Assembly: GCA_963809895.1 (NCBI GenBank) | Contig: CAWELD010000010.1 | Coordinates: forward strand, 352,001-416,000 | Reading direction: 5' to 3' | Source of the DNA: an uncultured Gemmatimonadales bacterium | Lineage (GTDB): Bacteria > Gemmatimonadota > Gemmatimonadetes > Longimicrobiales > Gaopeijiaceae | Length of the DNA: 64,000 bases | Shown here: one piece after another, positions 51,315-62,387 of the stretch | Numbering within the stretch: the stretch's first letter is position 1 | Layout: each line of letters starts with the position of its first letter | Notes under the pieces: generated by a model | Seen by the model: the letters and a program-made list of their open reading frames with translations, nothing else | Database searches by the model: none | Told to the model about the DNA's origin: nothing | Position numbers and translations under genes: made by a program

Positions 51315-54173
51315 ATGGACGATGTCATCCGGATCCGCGGTGCGCGGCAGAACAACCTGAAGAACCTGGATCTGGACCTGCCCCGGCGGGCCCTCACCGT
51401 CGTCACGGGTCCATCGGGCTCGGGAAAGTCCTCGCTCGCTCTCGACACGCTCTTCGCCGAGGGGCAGCGCCGCTACGTGGAATCCCTCTCCACCTACGCC
51501 AAGCAGTTTCTCGAGCGCATGGAGAAGCCGCTGGTGGACGCGGTGGAAGGCATCGCGCCGGCGGTGGCCATCGAGCAGAAGAACCCCACCAAGTCCAGTC
51601 GCTCCACCGTGGGCACCGCCACGGAGGTCTACGACTACCTGCGCTTGCTGTGGGCCCGTGTCGGACACACGCACTGTCCCGAGTGCGACCGGCGCGTGAT
51701 CCCGGACACCGTGCCCGGCGCCGTGGACACCATTCTCGAGCTTCCGGAGGGCACGCGCTTCCAGGTGACCTTCCCGCTCCGGCACGGGGGCGAGATCACC
51801 CACGCGCAGCTCGTGGAGAACCTGCTGGCCATGGGTTTCGTGCGGGCCCTGGCCGACGGCCGGCCCGTGGACCTGGGAGAAGAAGACGCCGCCGACCCGG
51901 GCGCGCTGGGTCTCGATCTGACGCTGGCGTCGGAGCTCCTGGTGGTGGTGGACCGTCTCTCCATCGGCAGCGATGGGCTGGGCGACCGCCTCGCCGATTC
52001 GGTGCAGACCTGTTTCTCGGAAGGCGAGGGAGAGTGTGTCGTGGTGACCGCGGGCCGCCGGGGCGGGGGCCAGGACGAGGTGCCCGAACGGCTCACCTTC
52101 ACCGAGCACTTCCGCTGTCCCGAGCACCCGGACATCGACTTCCCGGAGCCGACACCGCAGCTGTTCTCGTTCAACAATCCCTACGGATCCTGCCCCACCT
52201 GTACCGGTTTCGGCGCGACCCTGGAGTACGATCTCGATCTCATCGTGCCCAATGCGACACGGTCGCTGGACGACGGCGCCGTGGATCCCTGGACCAAGCC
52301 CCGCTACAACAAGGAAAGGGATCGGCTGCGGGCCTTCGCCAACGAGCGCGGCGTGTCGCTCTACAAGCCCTGGACCGAGCTGCCGGAGGACTTCCGCGAG
52401 GCCGTGCTGCACGGGGGGCACGGCTTCAAGGGAGTGGTCCCCTTTCTCCGCAGTCGTGAGAAGAAGCGCTACAAGCAGTACATCCGCGTCTTCCTGCGTC
52501 AGTATCAGAGCCCGGTGACCTGTGCCACGTGCGGCGGCGCCCGCCTGCGCCCCGAGGCGCTCCGCATCCGGGTCGGCGGGCGGCGCATAGACGAAGTCTC
52601 CGATCTGCCTCTGGAGGATCTCGAGCGGTGGCTCGAGGAGCTCGAGCTGGAGGGTGCCGACGCCAGGGTTGCCGAGACCATTCTCCGTGAGCTGCGGGCC
52701 CGGGTGGGATTCCTGGTGAAGGTCGGACTGGGATACCTGACGCTGGCCCGTCAGACCCGCACGCTCTCGGGCGGCGAAGCCCAGCGCATCAACCTGGCGA
52801 ACTCGCTGGGCTCGTCGCTCGTCGACACGCTCTACGTGCTCGACGAGCCCACCGTGGGACTCCACCCCCGAGACACCGATGCGCTCCTCTCGCTCCTCAC
52901 GCGCCTCCGCGACGGCGGAAACACGGTCGTGGTCGTGGAGCACGACCCGGCGGCGCTCAGGATCGCGGACCACATCGTCGAGCTGGGGCCCGGCTCGGGT
53001 GAGCGCGGGGGGGCGGTGGTGTTCGAGGGCACCCCCGATGCCCTGGCCGCGGCCGACACCGTCACCGGCAACTACCTGTCCGGGCGCCGGCCCATCGCCG
53101 TGCCGGAGCGTCGGCGCCCGGTGAGTGGGCCGTGGCTCAACCTGCGCGGTGCCCGCCTGCACAACGTGGACGAGGTCGACCTGGAGATCCCCCTGGGCAC
53201 CCTCACGGTGGTCACGGGGGTCTCGGGTTCGGGAAAGAGCACGCTGGTGCACGACGTTCTGTACCGAGCCCTGGAGAAGGAGTTGGGCGGCGGCGAGACG
53301 TCGGCGAAAGAGCACCTGGGTGAAGCCGTGGGTGCCTACGCCGAGCTCGAGGGCGTGTCACGGCTGACGGAAGTGGTTCTCGTGGACCAGAGCCCCATCG
53401 GCCGCACGCCCCGCTCGAACCCGGTGACCTACATCAAGGCATGGGACGAAGTGAGGCGCATCTTCGCCGATCAGCCCCTGTCCCGGCAGCGCAAGTACGA
53501 TCCCGGTACGTTCTCGTTCAACACCAGTGGCGGCCGCTGTGAGGCGTGCAAGGGTGCGGGCCAGGTGGAGATCGAGATGATCTTCATGGCCGACGTGTAC
53601 GTGCCCTGCGACGTGTGCCGGGGCACCCGCTACAAGCCCGAGACGCTGGAGGTGACCTACCGGGGTCGCAACATCGCCCAGGTGCTCGAGCTCACCGTCG
53701 ACGAGGCGATTCGCTTCTTCCTCAAGGAAGACCGCCTGGGGCAGATCCTCTGGCAGCTCCAGCAGGTGGGACTGGGGTATCTGCGCCTCGGCCAGCCGGC
53801 GCCCACGCTGTCGGGGGGTGAGGCACAGCGCCTGAAGATCGCCCGGGAGCTCGCCGGCGCTTCGGGGCGCAAGGGACGCAAGCTCTACCTCCTGGACGAG
53901 CCCACCACCGGCCTCGCCGGCGAGGACGTCAAGAAGCTCCTCAACGTCCTCGATCGCCTCGTGGAGGCAGGAAACACCGTCGTGGTCATCGAGCACAACC
54001 TCGATCTCATCAAGACCGCCGACTGGGTGGTGGATCTCGGCCCGGGAGCCGGCGTGCGCGGAGGGCGGATCGTCGCAGCGGGCCGCCCCGAAGAGGTCGC
54101 CGCCGTACCCGAGAGCGCGACGGGGCGCTACCTGAGAGAAGTCCTTTCCAACGGAGTCGCAGGGGCGGGCTGA
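51315..54173 (+). CDS. uvrA: Excinuclease ABC subunit A
   Basis: GARQNNLKN, two ABC cassettes (GPSGSGKS, GVSGSGKS, LSGGEAQR), zinc fingers. Confidence 0.97.
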   Translation: MDDVIRIRGARQNNLKNLDLDLPRRALTVVTGPSGSGKSSLALDTLFAEGQRRYVESLSTYAKQFLERMEKPLVDAVEGIAPAVAIEQKNPTKSSRSTVGTATEVYDYLRLLWARVGHTHCPECDRRVIPDTVPGAVDTILELPEGTRFQVTFPLRHGGEITHAQLVENLLAMGFVRALADGRPVDLGEEDAADPGALGLDLTLASELLVVVDRLSIGSDGLGDRLADSVQTCFSEGEGECVVVTAGRRGGGQDEVPERLTFTEHFRCPEHPDIDFPEPTPQLFSFNNPYGSCPTCTGFGATLEYDLDLIVPNATRSLDDGAVDPWTKPRYNKERDRLRAFANERGVSLYKPWTELPEDFREAVLHGGHGFKGVVPFLRSREKKRYKQYIRVFLRQYQSPVTCATCGGARLRPEALRIRVGGRRIDEVSDLPLEDLERWLEELELEGADARVAETILRELRARVGFLVKVGLGYLTLARQTRTLSGGEAQRINLANSLGSSLVDTLYVLDEPTVGLHPRDTDALLSLLTRLRDGGNTVVVVEHDPAALRIADHIVELGPGSGERGGAVVFEGTPDALAAADTVTGNYLSGRRPIAVPERRRPVSGPWLNLRGARLHNVDEVDLEIPLGTLTVVTGVSGSGKSTLVHDVLYRALEKELGGGETSAKEHLGEAVGAYAELEGVSRLTEVVLVDQSPIGRTPRSNPVTYIKAWDEVRRIFADQPLSRQRKYDPGTFSFNTSGGRCEACKGAGQVEIEMIFMADVYVPCDVCRGTRYKPETLEVTYRGRNIAQVLELTVDEAIRFFLKEDRLGQILWQLQQVGLGYLRLGQPAPTLSGGEAQRLKIARELAGASGRKGRKLYLLDEPTTGLAGEDVKKLLNVLDRLVEAGNTVVVIEHNLDLIKTADWVVDLGPGAGVRGGRIVAAGRPEEVAAVPESATGRYLREVLSNGVAGAG

Positions 54174-54181
54174 CACGGTGC

Positions 54182-54198
54182 CTGGCATGGCTCCTGCA
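54182..54198 (+). promoter_or_regulatory. Putative sigma54 promoter
   Basis: CTGGCATGGCTCCTGCA (GG-N10-GC), 80 nt upstream of the OMP gene. Confidence 0.55.
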
Positions 54199-54278
54199 GA
54201 CTGTTGCCGGTCCGAGCGCGGCTCGCGGTCCCGATTCGCGGGCCGCGCCCTGAAGAATCGAATGGAAAGGAGCGCATC

Positions 54279-54872
54279 ATGAGACGTCTCCTCGCGACTA
54301 CCGTGGCCCTCGCGGGCCTTGCCGCTGCCTCGGCGCCCCAGGTGAAGGCGCAGACGGCCCTCGTCAATCTCGGCGCGGACTACACCGCGAGCTTCGTCGG
54401 GGACGATTTCGACGGACTGGACGGTGGCATCGGCGTGCAGGGGGGACTCCTGTTCCCTCTGGGCCCCATGTCACACATCGGTGGTGAGGTGAACTGGACC
54501 GGCATCGATTTCACGAGCGACCTCGCCGATGACGCCGCGGACGCCAGCATCCTGGATATCGTGGGCGACGTGAACATCGGCCTCTCCGACGGCACCAGCG
54601 CGCGTCCGTACATCGACCTGCGCGCGGGCTACAGCCGTATGGCCTTCCAGGTCGGCGACGTCGACGGATCGGTGGACGGCCCCACGGCCGGTGGCGGACT
54701 GGGTGTCCGTCTCCACGCCGGCGGCATCATGGTGGACCTCCACGGCCGCTACCAGCACCACTGGTACGGCGATTTCAACGACGACAACCTGATCTTCAGC
54801 GAGAAGACCACCGGCGGCCGGCTGGTGTTCGGCGCCGGCATCAGCATTCCCATGGGCGGCGGTGGAATGTGA
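54279..54872 (+). CDS. Outer-membrane beta-barrel protein (OmpA/OmpW-like, small)
   Basis: AAGGAG RBS; signal peptide; alternating amphipathic strands (PYIDLRAGY, GGGLGVRL, VFGAGISI). Confidence 0.78.
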   Translation: MRRLLATTVALAGLAAASAPQVKAQTALVNLGADYTASFVGDDFDGLDGGIGVQGGLLFPLGPMSHIGGEVNWTGIDFTSDLADDAADASILDIVGDVNIGLSDGTSARPYIDLRAGYSRMAFQVGDVDGSVDGPTAGGGLGVRLHAGGIMVDLHGRYQHHWYGDFNDDNLIFSEKTTGGRLVFGAGISIPMGGGGM

Positions 54873-55058
54873 TCCGCTGACGATCACTGCGAAGGCGTAG
54901 CGGCCGATCCCACGGTCGTCGCGTGATGGGCGGGTCGGAGGGAGACGCTCCCTCCGGCCCGTTCGCGCGTCGGGGGGTCGCGTGGCGCCGTGGCGGAGAG
55001 TCGCACCGGGCGCGTACCTTCGGCGCATCCCTCCATCCCCGTGTCGCAGGAGGCCCTC

Positions 55059-57317
55059 GTGCGAATCGCCCGTACCGTCGCCGCATGTGTCGCCGTTGCC
55101 GTTCTCGGCGCGCCGTCACCGTCTCTCCGCGCTCAGGAGCTCAGGCCCTTCAGGGTGGACGACGCCCTGCGCGTCCGATCGGTCTCCATGGCGGACGTCA
55201 CCGACGACGCCCGCTGGGTGGCCGCGACGCTGTCCACGCCCGAAAGCCGCATGGGCACCGATCACTTCCGGTTCGGCGATCCGACCTACGTGGCCCCCTC
55301 GCGGACCGAGGTGCTCGTGGTGGATGCCGCCGACGGCTCCAGCTGGAGCCCGTGGGACGGCGAAGTCCAGGTTCGGGGCGCTACCTGGTCACCCGACGGG
55401 ACGCGCCTGGCCCTCTTCCGCTATCTGGACGACGGCTGGCACCTGGACTTGCTCGATCCGGAGAGGCGCCGCGTGCGCGAGGTGGACATCGACGGCGCGC
55501 CGGTCCTTTCGTCGGCGTCGCCGCTGGTGTGGACGCCCGATGGCGCGGGCGTGGTGGTCGGCGTGCGGACACCCGGATGGGCGGACGCCGCTCGGGCCGC
55601 CTACGACTCGCTGACGGTGGGCCCCATCGTGGTGCAGGACGGATCCCGGCCTTTCCTGGCCTGGGACGCCGTGCGCATGCGCGGCGACGAACAGCGCCTG
55701 GCATTGGTGCAGGTCGCATCGGGCGCGATCCGGATGCTCACGCCGGCCGACGCCTACGGCGACGTGCGGGTGTCCGACGACGGCGCCCACCTCACGTACA
55801 CGCTCACCCACGCGCTGCGGACCTCGTACGAGCGAGGCGAGGGCACGGAATACGAGTACCTGTCGCTGGCGTTGTCCGGTGATGCCGAACCCGTGGCGCT
55901 GCTGGACAAGGGCGAGCGACGCTTGCGTCTCCAGTTCCAGCCCGATGGGGACACCTTCGCCTGGAGCGACCGTGGTGACATCTGGGTGAAGGGTCCGGCG
56001 GCCGACAGCGCGCGCAAGCTGACGGAGGAGTTGCGCGTGCCCCTCTCGGAGAACGATTCCACGAAACGCTCGTTCTCGCTGGAGCAGTGGCGGCCCGATG
56101 GCGGCGCTCTCCTGGCCCGCGCCCAGGACGGCTACTGGGTGCTCGACCCCGCCACCGGGGCCGGCGAGCGGGTGTGGGCGTTCCCCGAAGACAAGGAGGC
56201 CCGCGAGGCGATGCCCCGCCTCGACGTGGTCCAATGGACCGAGGACGGACGCTGGCTGTACGCGTCGCGCTCGGCCCGGGACGAATGGCAGCGGGGTCTG
56301 GTGCGCTACGATCTGCAGTCGCGCCGTGAGGAGACGCTGGTGGCCGATGCCGACCTCTACCGGGACTGGCATGTGGCCGACGACGGCTCGCGCATCGTGG
56401 TGCGCCGCTCGGACGGTGACCATCCCGACGAGCTGTGGGCGGCCGACGGACGGTTCGGCGAGGCCCGCGCCCTCACCGACCTGAATCCCTGGCTCAACGG
56501 CGTGCAGTTGGCCCGCAGCGAGCTCGTCACCTATCTGGACGTGGATGGCGAGGAGCTCCACGGAGTCCTCCACTATCCGGCCAACTACCAGCCCGGGCAG
56601 CGCTACCCGCTGGTGGCGGAGATCTACGAGGATTTCTTCGACAACGGATGGAACTACGGCGCCCAGATCCTGGCCGCCAACGGATGGTTCGTGCTCCACC
56701 CGTCGGTGGAGCTCGAGGAGGGATACCCGGGTGAGGCCTGGGAGAAGGGGGTGACGACCGCCATCAACGACCTCATGGATCGGGGCCTGGTAGACGGCGA
56801 CCGCCTGGGCGTGCACGGCACCAGCTACGGGGGCTATGCCGTCAACCTCCTCATCACCCAGACCGACCGCTTCGCCGCCGCCGTCAACATCTCGGGCAAG
56901 GTGGACATCATCAGCTTCCTGGGGGATTCCGAGAAGATCACCACCCGCAACTACAGCGCCGCCGAGGAAGGCCAGGACCGGATCGGCGCCACGCTGTGGG
57001 AGCAGCCTCAGAAGTACATCCAGCATTCGGCCGTCATGTTCGCCGACCGCATCGACACGCCGCTGTTGCTTCTCACGGGCCAGGGGGACTGGAACGTGCC
57101 CGAGACCAACACCCGCGAGATGTACTACGCGCTGCGGCGGCTCGGGAAGGAAGTGGTGTGGGTGAACTACATGAGAGCGGGCCACGGCGCGGGTCGGGCG
57201 GGTACGCGCGAGGACTTCCTGGACCACTGGAGCCGCATGATCGACTGGTACGGCAGCCACTTCCAGAAGGCCGCGGACAAGAAGGCGGCGGCGGAGGAGC
57301 AGGCGGGAGGCTGGTAG
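55059..57317 (+). CDS. S9-family (prolyl oligopeptidase-type) secreted peptidase
   Basis: Signal peptide; beta-propeller WSPDG repeats; GTSYGG nucleophile; GQGDWNV Asp; AGHG His. Confidence 0.9.
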   Translation: MRIARTVAACVAVAVLGAPSPSLRAQELRPFRVDDALRVRSVSMADVTDDARWVAATLSTPESRMGTDHFRFGDPTYVAPSRTEVLVVDAADGSSWSPWDGEVQVRGATWSPDGTRLALFRYLDDGWHLDLLDPERRRVREVDIDGAPVLSSASPLVWTPDGAGVVVGVRTPGWADAARAAYDSLTVGPIVVQDGSRPFLAWDAVRMRGDEQRLALVQVASGAIRMLTPADAYGDVRVSDDGAHLTYTLTHALRTSYERGEGTEYEYLSLALSGDAEPVALLDKGERRLRLQFQPDGDTFAWSDRGDIWVKGPAADSARKLTEELRVPLSENDSTKRSFSLEQWRPDGGALLARAQDGYWVLDPATGAGERVWAFPEDKEAREAMPRLDVVQWTEDGRWLYASRSARDEWQRGLVRYDLQSRREETLVADADLYRDWHVADDGSRIVVRRSDGDHPDELWAADGRFGEARALTDLNPWLNGVQLARSELVTYLDVDGEELHGVLHYPANYQPGQRYPLVAEIYEDFFDNGWNYGAQILAANGWFVLHPSVELEEGYPGEAWEKGVTTAINDLMDRGLVDGDRLGVHGTSYGGYAVNLLITQTDRFAAAVNISGKVDIISFLGDSEKITTRNYSAAEEGQDRIGATLWEQPQKYIQHSAVMFADRIDTPLLLLTGQGDWNVPETNTREMYYALRRLGKEVVWVNYMRAGHGAGRAGTREDFLDHWSRMIDWYGSHFQKAADKKAAAEEQAGGW

Positions 57318-57350
57318 CCGGCTCGGGGTCGCGCGCGATCCCTTAACGAA

Positions 57351-57385
57351 AGGGCGGCGGGCCGGAACGCTCCGGCCCGCCGCCT
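57351..57385. terminator. Bidirectional terminator between convergent peptidase genes
   Basis: GGCGGCGGGCCGGA...TCCGGCCCGCCGCC stem flanked by GAAA and GTTT. Confidence 0.7.
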
Positions 57386-57412
57386 CGTTTCATGCCCGCT
57401 CGGGGCTCCGCG

Positions 57413-59009
57413 TCAGTTGCAGCGGAGGTTCTTGCCTCGGACGCTGCAGCGGATCGTCTGGGTGGACTGATCGGTCGAGCTGCCGTCACCCACCAACAGC
57501 ACCACGCCGTGGTTGCCTGCGGCGGTGTACGTGTGGCTCGTCGTCACGCCGCTGCCGGTGGCACCGTCACCGAAGTCCCACGAGTAGCTGGTGATGCTGC
57601 CCGTGGAGCTGCTGGCGTCGAACGAGCAGTCAGCCGCGTGGCAGCTGTAGCTGAAGCTGGCGGTGAGGGGATCCGACGGTGGCGGCGGGGGCGGAGGCGG
57701 AGCGCCACCGCTCGTGACTGCGGCGTAGGTGTTCAGCCGCCCCGCTCCGAAGTGGAACGTGTCGCCCAGGTCGTCGGCGTTGTCCAGGATGCGGGAGCGC
57801 AGCGACGACGCACTCATGGAGCCGTTCACCGCGACCACCACCGCAGCGGTTCCCGTCACCTGGGGCGCAGCCATGGACGTGCCCTGGTAGTAGGCGTAGC
57901 CGCCGGGCACGGAGCTGTAGATTCCCGCCTCCTCGGTGGTGTTCGAGTACATCTCGCCACCGGGTGCGCTGATGTCGAGGCCGTTGCCCCAGTTGGAGTA
58001 GTAGCTCAAGCCGTCCTGCCAGTTGGTGGCGGCCACGGAGATGGCGTTGGGATCACACGCCGGGCAGCTCACCGTGCTGGTGCCGTCGTTGCCGGCCGAG
58101 GCGATGACGAGCGCCCCCTTGGAGAGCGCGTACTGGATGGCGTCGGCCTCACCCTGCGACTCGGACCCGCCCCCCAGGCTCATGTTCATGGCCACCACGC
58201 CATCATCCGCAGCGGCGCGAATGGCGTCGATGATGGCGCTGGTGGGGCAGCCGATGCTGCCGCACACGCGGTAAGACGTAGACCGTCACCTTGGAAGCGG
58301 CGCCGGCCACGCCTGCCACGCCCACGTTCCTGCCCACCATGGTGCCGGTGGTGTGGGTGCCGTGGCCCTCGGTGTCGGTGGGATCGCTGTCGTTGTCGTA
58401 GAAATCGTAGCCAGCGACGACGTTCGCGCTGCCGATGCCGCTGAACTCGGCATGGTTCATGTCCACGCCCGTGTCGATGCTGGCGATGGCGACGGAGTTC
58501 GACGCACCGCTCGCATACCCTTCCGGGCTGTTGTCCTCGTCGGCATCGTTGGTGGACTTGTAGGAATTGACCGGTTTGCCCTTGTTGCGGCCACGGGTGT
58601 AGGCGATGGTCAGATTGCCGGGGTTGTAGAACGCCCACAGCCTGTCGTCGATCTGGGTGGGCTGACGCAGATAGTCGGGCTCGGCCCAGACCACGCGGGT
58701 GTCTCCGCGGAGCCGGGCGGCCAGCGCGCGCTCGTTGCCGGCGGCGCCGCGGAAGGCCACGTAGCCGCGGCTCACGCGGCCCAGGGCGAGGCCGTGGCTG
58801 TTGCCGACCTCGGCCGGATCGGCGCCGTCCTGGAGACGGGCGAGCACCCGGCCGGGCACGACCCGCTCGGCCTGCTGGGTGCGGAGCGAGACGTCGGCTG
58901 GAGTGAGGGGGGCCTGAGCAGGCTCGGGGGTGACGGGCTGGTCCATGTCCTGACACGCTGCCAGAAAGGCGAGCGCGCCCAGAGCGACCAGGGGGAGGGT
59001 ACGTCGCAT
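57413..59009 (-). CDS. S8 subtilase with C-terminal PKD domain, lipoprotein-type signal (frameshift near 58270)
   Basis: LAAC lipobox; IDTG, HGTH, GTSMA triad; AGND; SYSWDFGDG PKD motif. Confidence 0.9.
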
Positions 59010-59254
59010 ACCGCGGTACTCCTGGACTGAGAGGGACATTCCACGTGGTCCCTCCTTCACCCGTGACTGCCCCTTCCGCCATCGGAACCACCCTTCCAAG
59101 CTAGAACCGGCCTCTCGGCTTTCACAATGACGTCGTTTCTGGCGCTCGTCCGGAACGGCTCCGGGAAAGGGTGTGGGTTCGAGGCTTGCGTCGTTCCCAC
59201 GCGGGGCCGAGCATGCCCTGGCTTCGCGTCCCTCCATTCCTCAGCGGTGCTGCC

Positions 59255-62200
59255 ATGACAGACATGCGGGGCCCGGGAGGCTTCGGCGCCGACGAGGCGC
59301 GCGCCCTGCTGCCCGACCTGTACGGCGTCGACGGGTCCGTGACGCCCCTGCCCGGCGATCTGGACGACAACTTCGCGGTGGTCGAGCCCGACGGCGCGCG
59401 CTCGGTGCTCAAGGTGATGCACGCCGGTGCGTCGGTCCGCGACGTGGAGCTTCAGGTCGCGGTGCTTCGGCATCTCGCCCGGGCCCGCTTGCGCCTGGCC
59501 GTCCCGGACGTGCTGCCCACCTCGGCCGGAGACGATATGGGGCGCGTGCAGGACCGGGATGGACGGGAACGCCTGGTGTGGCGATCGAGCTGGCTCCGAG
59601 GCCGGCCCCTGTCCGAGGTCGCACCGCGCTCGGAGCAGCTTCTGGAGCACCTGGGCGCCAGCCTCGGTGAGCTGGATCGCGCGCTGGCGGACTTCAGCCA
59701 TCCCGCCGCCGGCCAGCGGCACCTGCGCTGGGATCCGGCCCGGCCCGGCTGGCTGTCCGAAGAGGTATCGGACATGGCCGACCCGGAGCTGCGCCGGCTC
59801 GTCCGCGAGGTGACGGACCGCTTCGGTCACCTGGACGACCTCCTGAAGGCGCTGCCGCTCCAGGTGATCCACGCCGACGCCAACGATCACAACCTGCTGG
59901 TGGACGAGGACCCCGAGCCGACCCGGGTGGTGGGTCTCTTCGACTTCGGCGACCTGATCGGCACCCGGCGGGTCTGCGAGCCGGCCATCGCCGCGGCCTA
60001 CGCCGCCTTCGGCTCGTCCGATCCCATCGGCGTGGCGGCCCGCCTCGCCCGCGGCTATCACCTGGCGTTTCCGTTGACGCCCCCCGAGTTGGACGCCTTC
60101 GTGCCGCTGATGGCGGTCCGGCTCGCCATCAGCCTGGTCTTCTCCGATCGCAGGCGGCGGGAACGGCCGGGCGACGCCTACGTGACGGTGAGCGAGGACG
60201 GCGCGCGGACGACGCTGGCGCTTCTCCTGGAGGTGCATCCACGCCTGGCGGCCGCCCGCCTGCGACGGGCTTGCGGATTTGCTGTGAACGATCGCGCCCC
60301 CGCCGTGGAGGCGTGGCTCGACGACCCGGACCGCGACTTCGCGCCTGTGCTGGGCGAGCCCCTGGAGCCCGGGGACTGGACGCTCATCGACCTGTCCGTG
60401 GGTAGCCTCATGCTCGGGGCGGATCCCACGAACCTGCGGTGCGAGCCGTGCGGACAGCTCATCGAGGACGTGATGCGGGCCCGCGGGGCGCGGGTGGGCG
60501 TCGGACGTTGGAACGAGGCGCGCGCCATCTATCTCGGCCCGGCGTTCGCCGCCGGGGACCACGCCATCGACGAGCACCGCACCATCCACATCGGCGTGGA
60601 CCTGTTCGCGCCGGCGGGGACGCCGGTGCACGCTCCCCTGGACGGCGTGGTCGCATCGGCGGGCGAGCATCCCGAGGCCGGCGACTACGGGCCCGTCATC
60701 CTCCTGGAGCACCGCACGGACCAGGGAGACCCGTTCTGGACGCTGTACGGACACCTGGACCGGGCCTCGCTGGACGACATGACACCCGGAAGGGCCGTGG
60801 CGGCCGGCGAGCGCTTCGCGTCGCTGGGTGCTCCGCCGGTCAACGGGGACTGGCCGCCCCACCTCCACCTCCAACTCGTCCTCGACCCGCTGGACCGGGG
60901 CCACGACGTGCCCGGGGTGGCCGCACCACGCGAGCGTGGGGCGTGGACGGCGCTGAGTCCGGACCCGTCGCGGCTGGCGGGACTCCCGGCGGGGGCGGCG
61001 TCGGCCCCGCAGCCGGATGCCGACGAGCTGCTGGAGCGGCGGAGGCGGCATCTGGGTCCCAACCTGAGCGTGTCCTATCGCCGTCCCTTGCACCTGGTCC
61101 GGGGCTGGAGGCAGTTCCTCTACGACGCCGACGGCCGCGGCTACCTCGACCTCTACAACAACGTGGCTCACGTGGGTCACAGCCACCCGGTGGTGGCGGA
61201 GGCCGTCGCGCGGCAGACGGCGCTGCTCGCCACCAACACCCGCTACCTGGACGAGAACCTGCTCCGCTACATGGAGCGCCTGACGGCCACGCTCCCGCCC
61301 CAGCTCGAGGTGGGGTGGGTGCTGAACTCCGCCAGCGAGGCCAACGAGCTGGCGTTGCGTCTGGCCCGGGCTCATACGGGACGGCGCGATGTCATCGTCC
61401 TGGAGGCGGGCTACCACGGCCACACCACCACCCTCATCGACGTGAGCGCCTACAAGTTCGCGGGACCGGGCGGCGAGGGCGCCCCTCCGTGGGTGCGCGT
61501 GGCCCCCCTCCCGGACACCTACCGGGGGCCGTTCCGGCGCGACGTTCCCGATGCCGGAGCGCGCTACGCTGCGGCGGTGGGAGACGTCGTCGACGACATG
61601 GTGGCGGCCGGGCGGCCCCCGGGCGCCTTCCTGGCCGAGACATTCCCCAGCGTCGGCGGCCAGATCGTGCCTCCGGACGGCTACCTGCGCCATGTGTACC
61701 GGCGCGTGCGGGCCGCGGGCGGTGTCTGCATCGCCGACGAGGTGCAGACCGGCTTCGGCCGCCTGGGCGAGGCGTTCTGGGGCTTCGAGATCCAGGACGT
61801 GGCCCCCGACGTCGTGGTGCTCGGGAAGCCCGCCGCCAACGGATTCCCCCTGGGGGTGGTGGTCACCACCCGGGCCATCGCCGAGTCCTTCGACACCGGC
61901 ATGGAGTTCTTCAGCACCTTCGGAGGGAATCCCGTCGCGTGCGCCGCCGGCCTGGCGGTGCTGCAGGTGCTCGAGGACGAGGGCCTCCAGGAGAACGCAC
62001 GCACGGTCGGTGCGCGGCTGCGGCGCGGGCTGCAGGAGCTGCGGGCTCGCCATCCTCTCCTGGGCGACGTGCGCGGGATGGGACTCTTCCAGGGAATCGA
62101 GCTGGTACGGGAGGGCGACGCGCTGGAGCCGGCGGCGCGGGAAGCGCGTTACGTGGTGGACCGCCTGCGCGAGCGTGGCGTCCTCACCGGGACCGACGGT

Positions 62201-62314
62201 CCCTTCCACAACGTCGTCAAGCTCCGTGGCCCACTGGTTCTGGAGCCCCGGGACGTGGATCGCTTCCTGGGCGAGCTCGACGCGGTGCTACACGAGAGCC
62301 CGCTCCGCCGCTGA
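59255..62314 (+). CDS. Fusion: APH-like phosphotransferase, M23-like domain, class III aminotransferase/phospho-lyase
   Basis: HADANDHN and DFGD (kinase); HIGVD and HLH (M23); YNNVAHVGH, ADEVQTGFGR, LGKP (PLP Lys), FSTFGGNP. Confidence 0.9.
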   Translation: MTDMRGPGGFGADEARALLPDLYGVDGSVTPLPGDLDDNFAVVEPDGARSVLKVMHAGASVRDVELQVAVLRHLARARLRLAVPDVLPTSAGDDMGRVQDRDGRERLVWRSSWLRGRPLSEVAPRSEQLLEHLGASLGELDRALADFSHPAAGQRHLRWDPARPGWLSEEVSDMADPELRRLVREVTDRFGHLDDLLKALPLQVIHADANDHNLLVDEDPEPTRVVGLFDFGDLIGTRRVCEPAIAAAYAAFGSSDPIGVAARLARGYHLAFPLTPPELDAFVPLMAVRLAISLVFSDRRRRERPGDAYVTVSEDGARTTLALLLEVHPRLAAARLRRACGFAVNDRAPAVEAWLDDPDRDFAPVLGEPLEPGDWTLIDLSVGSLMLGADPTNLRCEPCGQLIEDVMRARGARVGVGRWNEARAIYLGPAFAAGDHAIDEHRTIHIGVDLFAPAGTPVHAPLDGVVASAGEHPEAGDYGPVILLEHRTDQGDPFWTLYGHLDRASLDDMTPGRAVAAGERFASLGAPPVNGDWPPHLHLQLVLDPLDRGHDVPGVAAPRERGAWTALSPDPSRLAGLPAGAASAPQPDADELLERRRRHLGPNLSVSYRRPLHLVRGWRQFLYDADGRGYLDLYNNVAHVGHSHPVVAEAVARQTALLATNTRYLDENLLRYMERLTATLPPQLEVGWVLNSASEANELALRLARAHTGRRDVIVLEAGYHGHTTTLIDVSAYKFAGPGGEGAPPWVRVAPLPDTYRGPFRRDVPDAGARYAAAVGDVVDDMVAAGRPPGAFLAETFPSVGGQIVPPDGYLRHVYRRVRAAGGVCIADEVQTGFGRLGEAFWGFEIQDVAPDVVVLGKPAANGFPLGVVVTTRAIAESFDTGMEFFSTFGGNPVACAAGLAVLQVLEDEGLQENARTVGARLRRGLQELRARHPLLGDVRGMGLFQGIELVREGDALEPAAREARYVVDRLRERGVLTGTDGPFHNVVKLRGPLVLEPRDVDRFLGELDAVLHESPLRR

Positions 62315-62387
62315 GCCACGGACCTCGCCCGGGGGCAGGGGCGTAGCAATCCGGCGGATCTCGAAGCACGAACCTCAGGAGTCTCGC

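Noticed and set aside
59057..62209. 1050-aa ORF on the - strand (also 51114-53315, 55389-57260 and similar)
   Set aside because: Antisense shadows of well-supported genes in high-GC DNA. Only the last 27 codons of 51114-53315 (the his leader) are accepted.
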